From NCBI GenBank assembly GCA_018649885.1, contig JABIHA010000056.1, forward strand, positions 1 through 64,000: 64,000 nucleotides of DNA, read 5' to 3'. Each line of letters opens with the position of its first letter. Position 1 is the stretch's first letter. A program made the position numbers and the translations under genes. Origin of the DNA: Bacteriovoracaceae bacterium (GTDB lineage: Bacteria > Bdellovibrionota > Bacteriovoracia > Bacteriovoracales > Bacteriovoracaceae). Under the pieces are notes generated by a model that saw only the letters and a list, made by a program, of their open reading frames with translations, searched no databases and was not told the origin of the DNA. Below are positions 18,712 to 27,571 of this stretch, piece by piece.

Positions 18712-19649
18712 AAAAAATAGCTGTATGTCTTCCTCAAGATCTTGGTGGTGTTGTAGATTCTCTTCCATTTCTTATGGAGCTGTGTGAATGTTACGCTGAC
18801 GAGAACAAAATTGAATTTAGTATTATATGCCCTAAAGAATATACCGAATTGATGGAAGTCATTCCCTATGAAATAGACATATACCCTTTTGATGTTGATA
18901 AAGAGGGGAGCATACCTGGTGTGCACAAATATGCTGTCAATTTGAAACATGTTTATAATATTGACGCTTTTTTCACCCTTCCAGATGAATACTATGCAGC
19001 CTTGATGGGACTGTGCTTTAGAGCAACGGATAGAGTGGGTTATCATCACCTTTTTAAAAAGGGGACTCTTACTCATGCCTATGAAGTTCCAGATACAATT
19101 CCTTCTTCTGAGAAATATTTAAGACTTTTGGATAATTATTTTGAGAAAAAAGTATCCAGAAAAACTATCACAAGTCGTCGAACTAAGCCCTATTACCAGG
19201 ACCATGCTGAAAATCGCTATTTTGCTGTGGGGATAACTTCAAAAAATAATACAAAGTGGCTTGATCCTGGCTGGTGGGCAGATTTCTTTAATGATTTTGA
19301 CGGGGAAAGATTTGTTTTTTTAGGTAGCCTTAAAGATGAAGCATATATTCACTCGGTGATAGAGCAATTGGGTGATCAAAACAAATATATAAATTTGGCC
19401 GGCCAAACGACATTTAAAGAAATGATATCAATAATGTCTTATGCCCAGGGTTCTATTGCCTATTCCAGGGGATTTGGATCAGTTTCAGCACTTTTTAAGT
19501 GCCCTGTTCTAATGTTTGCTCAAAGTGATAATGACCTTCCCAATTTTACAGTTGGAAAATCGATTAGATTTGATAGAACAAGTGATCGTATTGTCATGGT
19601 GGATAGATTGTATAAATTGGTAGATGAGGTTCGTTTCTCAGGAAATTAG
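18708..19649 (+). CDS. Glycosyltransferase family 9 (heptosyltransferase-like), divergent
   Basis: N-terminal P..LG.VV..LP, RVGY, FLGS..D, INLAGQTT motifs. Confidence 0.7.
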   Translation: MKKIAVCLPQDLGGVVDSLPFLMELCECYADENKIEFSIICPKEYTELMEVIPYEIDIYPFDVDKEGSIPGVHKYAVNLKHVYNIDAFFTLPDEYYAALMGLCFRATDRVGYHHLFKKGTLTHAYEVPDTIPSSEKYLRLLDNYFEKKVSRKTITSRRTKPYYQDHAENRYFAVGITSKNNTKWLDPGWWADFFNDFDGERFVFLGSLKDEAYIHSVIEQLGDQNKYINLAGQTTFKEMISIMSYAQGSIAYSRGFGSVSALFKCPVLMFAQSDNDLPNFTVGKSIRFDRTSDRIVMVDRLYKLVDEVRFSGN

Positions 19650-20500
19650 GGAACAGCGTATTTTTGTTTGAGTTCATGAACTACCAAAGGGATTTTTTCG
19701 CCAACAAAATTATATCCATATTTATTGCTTTGCTTTTTTAAAAACTCAAGCCGCTTCATACTTGGTGGATGAGTTGAAAAAAAGCTAGTGAGCTTTGATA
19801 GTTTTGAGTTTTTTAATTTTCCAATTTTTCTAAAAAAATCTTTTGAACCTGCAACATGGCCATAATTGTTATTTACACATCTGAGTGCATATCCATCTGA
19901 TTGTATTTCGTGATCTCTTTGAAATTTGAGGCCAATAAGTTGAAATAACTTTTCAATTTTTATTTCCATATTTAAGGCCCAAGAAGAAATACCTATGAAT
20001 AGCTGCTGGGTGATATTTGAAAACGTATGGCGATGATAAAAATGGCCTAATTCGTGACAAAGCACAAAGGCAAGTTCATTTTCACTACTTGATTCTTCTA
20101 AGAACTTATGTGTCACAAGGAAAATTCCACCTGGAAGGGTGAAAGCATTTGAATAATCTTCTGCTACGACTCTAACCTGAAAATCGAGATCGCGGTATTT
20201 TGAATCATCTTGCATGCCATTCCACAGATGGGTGATGAAGGTCTCTAGATTTTTATCTCGATTACCTTTTGAGCCCCCAAGGTAGTGGCCATAGCGCGCA
20301 CCTAGGGCCACTTCTTCCTGGTAATTGATGAAATTTTTTAGCTTTGAATTAATGGCGAAAATTAGAAGGAAAGCTAGCAGTAGAGCTAGCAGTAGCATGA
20401 TCCCAAAAAATATTGCTAGGGCCGCAAGGTCTTTCACTTGGCTTTCATGTGTTCGGTTTATTCCTTCCGGAATTTTTTTAGGAGTAAATTTTTCTTTCAT
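19646..20500 (-). CDS. M48-family zinc metallopeptidase
   Basis: NAFTLPGG, ELAFVLCHELGH, E..SD, STHP. Confidence 0.9.
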   Translation of the reverse strand: MKEKFTPKKIPEGINRTHESQVKDLAALAIFFGIMLLLALLLAFLLIFAINSKLKNFINYQEEVALGARYGHYLGGSKGNRDKNLETFITHLWNGMQDDSKYRDLDFQVRVVAEDYSNAFTLPGGIFLVTHKFLEESSSENELAFVLCHELGHFYHRHTFSNITQQLFIGISSWALNMEIKIEKLFQLIGLKFQRDHEIQSDGYALRCVNNNYGHVAGSKDFFRKIGKLKNSKLSKLTSFFSTHPPSMKRLEFLKKQSNKYGYNFVGEKIPLVVHELKQKYAVP

Positions 20501-20949
20501 GGTTGTTTGATGCCTGTGCCGTAAGCAACAACTTCAACAGATACTAATTTTGATTCTCCCGAAGGACCTTTTCCTCCCACTGAAGAAGTTTCTAGTCTAA
20601 GGCCTACTACTTTTTCAGCCCCCCAATTATTTGCCTGTGCTTTCATTCGCAAAATGGCTTCTCTTCTTGCTCTATCGGCTAAGGTTTCATAGAAAGTTAT
20701 TTGTCCTCCAACTAGGCTTCTTAGGCTACTTCCAACAAGTTTGAAATAATCACCGCTGATAACAACATTTCCAACAAATAATCTTCCCTGAGTTCCCGCA
20801 CCATCAAATTGAGTTTTTTTATCAGTAGTAACAGGTATATGTAGGAGCTCAGCTTCCCGTACTATAATATTTTTGTAATGGGATTTCTCTATAGACTGAC
20901 CAACAAAATATCCAAGACTTAGTAGTATAAGAAAAACAATTATTTCCAT
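20497..20949 (-). CDS. YbjQ/UPF0145-family protein with N-terminal membrane anchor
   Basis: LVGGQITFYETL..ARREAILRM...VAYGTG. Confidence 0.85.
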   Translation of the reverse strand: MEIIVFLILLSLGYFVGQSIEKSHYKNIIVREAELLHIPVTTDKKTQFDGAGTQGRLFVGNVVISGDYFKLVGSSLRSLVGGQITFYETLADRARREAILRMKAQANNWGAEKVVGLRLETSSVGGKGPSGESKLVSVEVVAYGTGIKQP

Positions 20950-21269
20950 GGTATTTTTTCTACTTTTACGGCTGTTCCGTATGCAAAGAGCTCAGCTGCA
21001 CCTTGAGAAATTGAAGAAGTGCTAAATCTTATATTGATAACAGCGTTGGCACCGGTTGCTTGTGCCTGCTCAACCATTCTTTTTTCTGCTACCGCACGAC
21101 TTTCATTGAGAAGCTCGGTATAACTAGCAAGCTCGCCACCAACTAGATTTTTAAAGCTAGCTAGTATATCTTTTCCAACATGCTTAGCTCTGACTGTGCT
21201 GCCTTGGACTAGTCCATAGTGCTCTACCACTCTATGGCCTGGTACGGACTCTATATTTGTTAAGATCAA
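20940..21269 (-). CDS. ybjQ: YbjQ/UPF0145-family protein
   Basis: GSTVRAKHVGKD..A..KNLVGGEL..YTELL...GANAV...AYGTAV. Confidence 0.9.
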   Translation of the reverse strand: MILTNIESVPGHRVVEHYGLVQGSTVRAKHVGKDILASFKNLVGGELASYTELLNESRAVAEKRMVEQAQATGANAVINIRFSTSSISQGAAELFAYGTAVKVEKIPWK

Positions 21270-21341
21270 ATTTATTCCTTTAGCTTGGTAAACGGTATTT
21301 ATTTAGCCTATATTATTGCACCTTTAGGAGCAATTTTTTTG

Positions 21342-21369
21342 TAAAGTGAATTGCTTTAAAGACCGATAG
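21342..21369 (+). promoter_or_regulatory. Candidate sigma28 (FliA)-type promoter
   Basis: TAAA-N16-ACCGATAG just upstream of the AAGGAG SD of the 21396 gene; spacer is 1 nt longer than the E. coli consensus. Confidence 0.4.
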
Positions 21370-21395
21370 GTTTAGTCAGATAAGGAGTTTTAATA

Positions 21396-22295
21396 ATGGC
21401 CAATTCACCAAGTGACCATCAAAAAGAGATGATCCTATTAAAGAAGAAATTCTTGATGCTTACAAAGAAGCAGAAAAAGGCCATGGATGATCTAAAGAGA
21501 AAATTTGCTGTTACATTAAAAAAAGAAAGAATAAATAATATTAAAATGAAAAAGGAAAATGAAGAACTTAAAAGACAACTTGAGTTTGAAAGAAACCAAA
21601 GAGCAAACGCACCCCAAGTTGATTCCTCAAAAATACAGAAACCAAATATAGATTTTGATGTCTTAAAAAGTGGCAATTTGTCAGCTGAGCAAATGGCAAA
21701 ATTTCGTGAAACTTTGGAAAACCAGATGTCCAAAAGTTCTGAAATGTTGGCCAGCGCGGAATCCCGCATCGCTAAATTAGAGCTTCAAGTAAGCAAAAAA
21801 GAAAAACATGTTCACAAATTAAATCATGCTGCGAAAAAACAAGATGAAAAAATTAAAGATGTAGTACTCGAAAATGAGAAAAAAGATAAAAAAATAAACT
21901 TAATGGAAGATGACTTTGCTGAAATTAAAGATATCGCTAGAAAAAAAGAACTTGAGTTTGATGATTCTCTAAATGTGAAGGAAGATCAGATACACGGTCT
22001 TAGAAAAGACATCCGAACTAGAGAAGAGAAAATTGATGACCTTGAGGCTATTTGTGAGGCTTTTGACATTATTAGAATTAGGGAAGAAGTGATCGATTTG
22101 AAGGTAAAAGCACTTGAAACAGTTGAAAGAGTTAATCAAGATGAGATGCAAGAACTTCTTGAAGATGTATCTAGGATGAAAATGAATTTAAGAGATTATG
22201 ATAAAACATTGGGTGAGAAATTTATCAATATGTACCTAGATATTGAAAGTTCTGAATCTAATCTTAAAGAAAAAATATTCGAAAAAGTGTCTTAG
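21396..22295 (+). CDS. Coiled-coil hypothetical protein
   Basis: K/E-rich heptad pattern; AAGGAG SD. Confidence 0.7.
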   Translation: MANSPSDHQKEMILLKKKFLMLTKKQKKAMDDLKRKFAVTLKKERINNIKMKKENEELKRQLEFERNQRANAPQVDSSKIQKPNIDFDVLKSGNLSAEQMAKFRETLENQMSKSSEMLASAESRIAKLELQVSKKEKHVHKLNHAAKKQDEKIKDVVLENEKKDKKINLMEDDFAEIKDIARKKELEFDDSLNVKEDQIHGLRKDIRTREEKIDDLEAICEAFDIIRIREEVIDLKVKALETVERVNQDEMQELLEDVSRMKMNLRDYDKTLGEKFINMYLDIESSESNLKEKIFEKVS

Positions 22296-22328
22296 GATGT
22301 TTTTTTGGTCTATTGCTTAGTCTTAGTA

Positions 22329-22382
22329 CGTAACCGTAACCGTAACCGTAACCGTAACCGTAACCGTAACCGTAACCGTAAC
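22329..22382. repeat. Perfect hexanucleotide tandem repeat (CGTAAC)9
   Basis: Nine exact copies counted, intergenic between convergent genes. Confidence 0.97.
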
Positions 22383-22498
22383 CCTGGCCGTCGCCGATTT
22401 CAAAACCTATGTCCTGAATCAAACCCAAGCTGATTGGCGAGGGCGAGGGCGAAGTATTAGGGCAATGGTGAGGTTTAATGTGGGCGGAGGGCTTTTAC

Positions 22499-23026
22499 TT
22501 AAGAGCGCAATCTTATTTTCTTGTAGGCTTTAATAGCTGCCATAAGCACAAAGGTAAAAACAATAAGTCCAGCTACTGCATAGAGCATTTCAAGGGATGA
22601 CTTGTATATTGCAAGAAACACAATCGATACTAGAAATAGTGTGGCAACCTCATTGAGGATTCTTAATTTTCCGGAACTTAACAGGACACGATTTTCTTTC
22701 AATGCCTTTAGTAGTTTTCCACAGTAGAGGTGATAGATGACAAGGCCCATCACTAGCAAAATTTTTACATGAAGCCAGCTGTCTTCAATGAATCCTGTGG
22801 TGAATGCCAAGGAGAACCCAAAAACGATGGTTACCACGAGTGATGGCCAGGTTATCCCGTACCAAAGTCTTCTTTCCATTATTTTAAATTGCTCAGTTAA
22901 CTCAGATGAGCTTTTATTTGAAATAGCTTCAACATGGTAAATGAATAGCCTTACAATATAGAAAAGACCTGCAAACCAGCAAACAAAACCTATAATATGT
23001 AGTGACTTTAGTAATTCATAGCTCAT
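22499..23026 (-). CDS. hemJ: Protoporphyrinogen oxidase HemJ (CopD/UPF0093 family)
   Basis: LHII..VCWFAGLFYIVRLFIYH, MERRL...I, WLHVK, R..NEV. Confidence 0.9.
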   Translation of the reverse strand: MSYELLKSLHIIGFVCWFAGLFYIVRLFIYHVEAISNKSSSELTEQFKIMERRLWYGITWPSLVVTIVFGFSLAFTTGFIEDSWLHVKILLVMGLVIYHLYCGKLLKALKENRVLLSSGKLRILNEVATLFLVSIVFLAIYKSSLEMLYAVAGLIVFTFVLMAAIKAYKKIRLRS

Positions 23027-24332
23027 GGTTTAAAAACTTTACTATCTCAGAGGCCTCATCAATATCACATAGGTGTTGGTTCCGGTCTTTAAGGTTTTTG
23101 ATTTGTATTTTTTTGTCCGCGAGTTCCCTATCACCTATTAGTCCAATAAATTTGGCCCCTCTCTTTTCGGCAAGTCCGAAGGCCTTGTTTAATTTGGTTA
23201 CTCCAAACTGTGTCGAAACCATGAGCCCTTTTGCCCTCAGTTGATTAGCTAGCAGTAGGCATGGAGTTTCTCCCTCTATTATTTGAGAAGTTAAAAGGAT
23301 GTCGACTTTTTGAGTAGAGAGGTCTGGTAGCAGATCATGAGTTTTTAAAAAATCTTGCATGGTTACATCACCCATACCAAAGCCAATCCCCGATAATGGT
23401 TTTTCATCAAAAATTTTGAGAAGGTTTTCATAGGAACCCCCACCACACAATGCCCTTTTATTATCTGGGTTTTTATCAAAGCATTCAAACACAATGCCTG
23501 TGTAATAATCAAGGCCTCTGACAATGCATGGATCAAATTTGCAATATTCTTCTAGATTTAATTCTCCAACTTTTTGATGAAAGCTTTTTAAAACAGATAT
23601 TTTTTCACCGCCGCCATTTTTTTCAGCAAATGAGATGGCATCTGAAAATAATTTTAAATCCAAGTATTCGAAAAATACCTCTTGTTTTTCATCAGGCAAT
23701 TTCATTTCGACAAGAGATTTTTTAGTGGCATCTCGATTAATTTTTTTCGAGCGATCTACAATTTTATAGAGCTTATAGCTATCTTCAGTACTAAGCTTTA
23801 GTAAGTCATTAAAAATAAAATCCACAAACTTGCGGTCATTGATTAGTAATTCGAAGTGTTCACTAGTTGCACCAAAGCTTTGATAAACGTGGGCAATAAG
23901 CTGAACAATTTCAATTTCTCCCAAACCTTCGGGAGCACCAAAGACGTCAACATTAAATTGCCAATGCTCTCGTAGTCTTCCACGTTGAGGTTTTTCATAT
24001 CGGTAAAGGTTTGGGATAGAGTACCAACGAATTGGTTTAGGCAGGTTGGTGTGGACCCCAGAAATCATCCGTGCCAGGGTAGGGGTCATCTCTGGACGTA
24101 TTGCCACAAACCTCTCGCCCCGATCTGTGAATGAGTAAATTTGCTCATCGATAAGCTCTTGCCCTGACTTAGCTCTGTAGAGATCAACTTCTTCAAGGAA
24201 GGGGCCATCATAGGCTTCATAACCAAACTGCTCTGCGCTAAAACGCCATTTTTCAAATATATAGTCCTGAATTCTCTTATTTTCAGGAAAAAAATCTCGC
24301 GTTCCACGGTAAGGTTTTTTGCTTAATCCCAT
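23016..24332 (-). CDS. hisS: Histidine--tRNA ligase
   Basis: RGTRDF, RPEMT, YRYEKPQRGRLREHWQ, RGLDYYTG, GGGSY. Confidence 0.96.
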   Translation of the reverse strand: MGLSKKPYRGTRDFFPENKRIQDYIFEKWRFSAEQFGYEAYDGPFLEEVDLYRAKSGQELIDEQIYSFTDRGERFVAIRPEMTPTLARMISGVHTNLPKPIRWYSIPNLYRYEKPQRGRLREHWQFNVDVFGAPEGLGEIEIVQLIAHVYQSFGATSEHFELLINDRKFVDFIFNDLLKLSTEDSYKLYKIVDRSKKINRDATKKSLVEMKLPDEKQEVFFEYLDLKLFSDAISFAEKNGGGEKISVLKSFHQKVGELNLEEYCKFDPCIVRGLDYYTGIVFECFDKNPDNKRALCGGGSYENLLKIFDEKPLSGIGFGMGDVTMQDFLKTHDLLPDLSTQKVDILLTSQIIEGETPCLLLANQLRAKGLMVSTQFGVTKLNKAFGLAEKRGAKFIGLIGDRELADKKIQIKNLKDRNQHLCDIDEASEIVKFLNHEL

Positions 24333-24443
24333 ATTTTTATCCAAGGTATTTCACTGTATTAAGGTGGATCATAGCATATTAAACTACCTCTAGCTACGGT
24401 GCAATTAGATGTGAATTAGAAGGGTCGATTAGATTAAAATGAA

Positions 24444-24468
24444 AGGGACCCTCGATGGCGAAGGTCCC
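24444..24468. terminator. Probable terminator hairpin after the 24477-25487 gene
   Basis: GGGACC(C)TCG-ATGG-CGA(A)GGTCCC stem next to the stop codon. Confidence 0.55.
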
Positions 24469-24476
24469 ATAAAAAA

Positions 24477-25487
24477 TTATCTTGAAATTAGTACAACATT
24501 ATAAATAGCTGTTGCGGTTCCAGGATCGGGAGCTCCACACATGATGAAGTTTTTTGTTGAGCTATTGATTCCTTGAACGCCCATACATGCAGCAGCAGAT
24601 GATCCAAAAGTTCCGGTCATAAAGCCATCTGATGGAGTGTTGATGTTGGCCATGGTCATACTAGTACTGATATTGCCATCAGCCGCCTCAGTTTCGGGGT
24701 TGATAGAAGTTATTGCTATTACTCCAGCTGTCACAGTCGCTGTGACAGAATAGAGAGCAGTACCACTAGCTGTATTTACAAAACCAATATACGATCCATC
24801 TAAGCCAGTGATGTTTGAAATTGCCTTTTTTTCAAGGGCCACAATAAATTGGCTATTAGCTGCTGTATTGACATCTGTGTTTACAATTGCTCCTCCATCA
24901 GTCATGTACATTCTTGCAGTATCAACAGTTCCAACCCCATTAGAGCATGTGAAGATTCCAAGTGATGAAGCCGATCCAAAGACAGTGCCATCAACCATGT
25001 ATTTAGTGGGAAGAGAGGCTGCTCCTGTAGCATAATTAGAGGAAAAAGTTCCGAAGGTATCTTGAGTTGTAATATCGTAAGCAGCATCGACATTAAGGAA
25101 GAGCCAATTGCCTTCAAAGTTATCTGTTGGGCAGCTACCTGCTATTATAGTAGGAGTAAGTTGTGTAGAACCTGAAAGTTGTAGCATGGCCGTAAGTCCA
25201 GGAACTAAAAATACATAATGAACAGAATTTACAGCAGGAGGAGAGCCGGCAATAACTGTTTGAGTTGTAGTTGTGAGTTTACCAAACCCTGAATTGAGTT
25301 CTTCGAATTCCCCAGTGACAGTCCAACCAGCATCAGACTCCGTGAGTGAAAAACTACCTCCTACTTCATTTACAGTTAGGCTATAATTTGAACCCGGACC
25401 TGAATAACTTACTCCAGAGGATGAAGTGGAATTTCCTCCACATGAGAGATTTAATACAAGTAGCATCATTAAAAGAAAATATTTCAT
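24477..25487 (-). CDS. Ser/Thr/Gly-rich beta-strand lipoprotein, unknown function
   Basis: Lipobox LNLSC followed by a GGNSTSSSG linker; GGGG SD. Confidence 0.7.
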   Translation of the reverse strand: MKYFLLMMLLVLNLSCGGNSTSSSGVSYSGPGSNYSLTVNEVGGSFSLTESDAGWTVTGEFEELNSGFGKLTTTTQTVIAGSPPAVNSVHYVFLVPGLTAMLQLSGSTQLTPTIIAGSCPTDNFEGNWLFLNVDAAYDITTQDTFGTFSSNYATGAASLPTKYMVDGTVFGSASSLGIFTCSNGVGTVDTARMYMTDGGAIVNTDVNTAANSQFIVALEKKAISNITGLDGSYIGFVNTASGTALYSVTATVTAGVIAITSINPETEAADGNISTSMTMANINTPSDGFMTGTFGSSAAACMGVQGINSSTKNFIMCGAPDPGTATAIYNVVLISR

Positions 25488-25707
25488 AGAGAACCCCTTT
25501 TTAATTTATTAGTAATAAATGTTATTTAAATCTAAAGGCCTTGTCACTACAGTGAATTGAATAATTATGAAAAATTAATAACCAAATTACTTGACCAAAA
25601 GATACTGTTTTTGTGATGACCAGTCAGGTTGGGTGATAATTCAATTTTTACGCTTGTTTAATTAGGTATAACTCATGAAACAGTCATTTTTTACTCCTGA
25701 AGTCAGG

Positions 25708-26526
25708 TTATTCTTCTTCAGGTTTCCAACCAGGTGGCTTACTCGGTTGTGCTTTTTTCTGAATAGGAATAATTGACTCTAGCACTTTATCAAGTTTTTC
25801 CTCTTCCTCTTCATCTTCGTCGCTGTCCGTATTTTCTTCCTCCTCTTCTTCTTCTTCTTCTTCCTCCTCTTCTTCTTCTTCTTCTTCCTCCTCTTCTTCT
25901 TCTTCTTCCTCCTCCTCTTCTTCTTCTTTTTCCTCTTCTTCTTTTTCCACCTCTTTCATTTCAGGGTTTAGTTGAGCATAAAGTCTTAAGTTAAAAGAAA
26001 TAGTGCTTAAAATCTGCTGGTAGCATGGAATAATAAAGCTGTGAATATCTGACTTAGTAGTGCCTAAAAAAATGGATGTAATAGGCAAAAGGAGTCTTAT
26101 TCTTTTAAATTTTTGGGGCTGAACATATTTAGCTTTTTTATTTCCTTTTAAATATGCAGGATTAATACTTTCTTTAATATCATGAACTAAATTTTTCATT
26201 ATCCAGGTTGTAAAAGGGAATGCCTTATAATGATTTTGCTTTTTTTCCAATTTTGCAAAAACTTCTTCATCAAATTTATGGGTAGGTTTAACAGGATACT
26301 TGTATTCAAGTAATGTATTAAAGGTAGTTGAAGTTACAATGAAGAGAAACTCTTTTTTTGGTATTTTGGGTTCAAGTGCCTTTATCTCTTTTATTTTTTT
26401 TAAGGCAGTAGTCTTTTCAACATCGTCGAATTTGGCAATCTCTAGCTCAATAAGATTTAGAAGATTGTCACCCGCCTGCAATTGTGAGGAAAAGAACAAC
26501 AAAATTGCAAATAGACTTCTATTCAT
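25708..26526 (-). CDS. Secreted hypothetical protein with poly-Glu tract
   Basis: Signal peptide (SSQLQA); uninterrupted run of 31 Glu codons; overlaps the upstream gene's stop. Confidence 0.7.
   Translation of the reverse strand: MNRSLFAILLFFSSQLQAGDNLLNLIELEIAKFDDVEKTTALKKIKEIKALEPKIPKKEFLFIVTSTTFNTLLEYKYPVKPTHKFDEEVFAKLEKKQNHYKAFPFTTWIMKNLVHDIKESINPAYLKGNKKAKYVQPQKFKRIRLLLPITSIFLGTTKSDIHSFIIPCYQQILSTISFNLRLYAQLNPEMKEVEKEEEEKEEEEEEEEEEEEEEEEEEEEEEEEEEEEEEENTDSDEDEEEEEKLDKVLESIIPIQKKAQPSKPPGWKPEEE
25834..25926 (-). repeat. (GAA/GAG)31 coding repeat with 24-nt sub-periodicity
   Basis: Plus strand reads ttc2 ctc2 ttc6 ctc2 ttc6 ctc2 ttc5 ctc3 ttc3. Confidence 0.95.
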
Positions 26527-27571
26527 TTAATGAGTCCTTTGCTGTTTTATAATCACCTCGAAGGACTAAGTATTTCCCTTTCGACACTGCCAGAATACGG
26601 CCATCTAAATCAAAAATTTGTGTAACATCGGCTGAGTTTGTTAATCGGGAAAGTTTTTTACTTTCTATTTTTACAAGGAAAGCATCGTGTTTTCTTTGGA
26701 AGTCCCCTGCAAGTGATACATCTTTCACAAAAAATACTTCATCTTGGTCATTACAAATAATATTCCCTATATCATTTTGTTTAGATGAGTAAATAATTGT
26801 TTGATTTTCGATACTAATATCGGGACCTTTTTTGAGTACAGAAATAGTTGATCCAGCCTTTGTAGAAAAAGCTCCAAATTTGCCAAAGATGATATATTTG
26901 TTGGTTTCACAAAGCTCCACCTTTACTCCTGCGACTGGCGTTTTATATATTAGTTTTGATTTCTTTTGATCTTTCTCAAATAGAAAGAGTCCCGTTTGGT
27001 CATTGGCATTTTTATCAGTATACAGAATATGGTTCTGTGAAAGCATCATTACTTGTGGTGAAAAATAATGATCATGATTAACATTGAGACTGATACTTAG
27101 AGATATATCTAAATCTTCAAGAAATTTCACTTTAATTTCTTTATGGTGTGGCAGGTAGTATGAAATCCATTGATCGCTTAACTGCAGTTTTGGGTATAGG
27201 CCCTGCCCAACTTTGGTAACTTTTTTTCCATCGATTGTTGTTGTGAATATATTGTGGATTTCATTTAAACTATGTAAACCATAATAATGGTCAATATTTT
27301 CAACAATAAGCCTTTTTCTTACTGCACTTCCACTCATTAAAAATAATGAATCTGACTCCCCATCTAATACTTTTTTAACGGCATAATTTGTAGAGACGTA
27401 TAATGGACCAGATTTTCTTTGATAAAATGTAAATTTCCCATCACCTGTAATGAATCTAATTCTCGAAATGTCTTGTTTGGTGCTCAGTACCTTAGGCTTA
27501 CTTTCTTTTGTATGACCGCAATTAGATGCTATGGCCAGAGCAGTGATTACAAAGGTTTTAATGAAGTCCAT
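26519..27571 (-). CDS. Putative lipoprotein, TolB-like beta-propeller
   Basis: IASNC lipobox-like sequence; repeated short beta strands (SDQWISY, KLSRLTN). Confidence 0.55.
   Translation of the reverse strand: MDFIKTFVITALAIASNCGHTKESKPKVLSTKQDISRIRFITGDGKFTFYQRKSGPLYVSTNYAVKKVLDGESDSLFLMSGSAVRKRLIVENIDHYYGLHSLNEIHNIFTTTIDGKKVTKVGQGLYPKLQLSDQWISYYLPHHKEIKVKFLEDLDISLSISLNVNHDHYFSPQVMMLSQNHILYTDKNANDQTGLFLFEKDQKKSKLIYKTPVAGVKVELCETNKYIIFGKFGAFSTKAGSTISVLKKGPDISIENQTIIYSSKQNDIGNIICNDQDEVFFVKDVSLAGDFQRKHDAFLVKIESKKLSRLTNSADVTQIFDLDGRILAVSKGKYLVLRGDYKTAKDSLNE

Noticed and set aside
22329..22382. Minus strand reads (GGTTAC)n, the fission-yeast telomere core; also considered as a CRISPR array
   Set aside because: Internal intergenic microsatellite with no spacers and no cas or telomere context; the match is coincidental
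25773..25994. Poly-Leu/Pro ORF
   Set aside because: Antisense reading of the poly-Glu repeat
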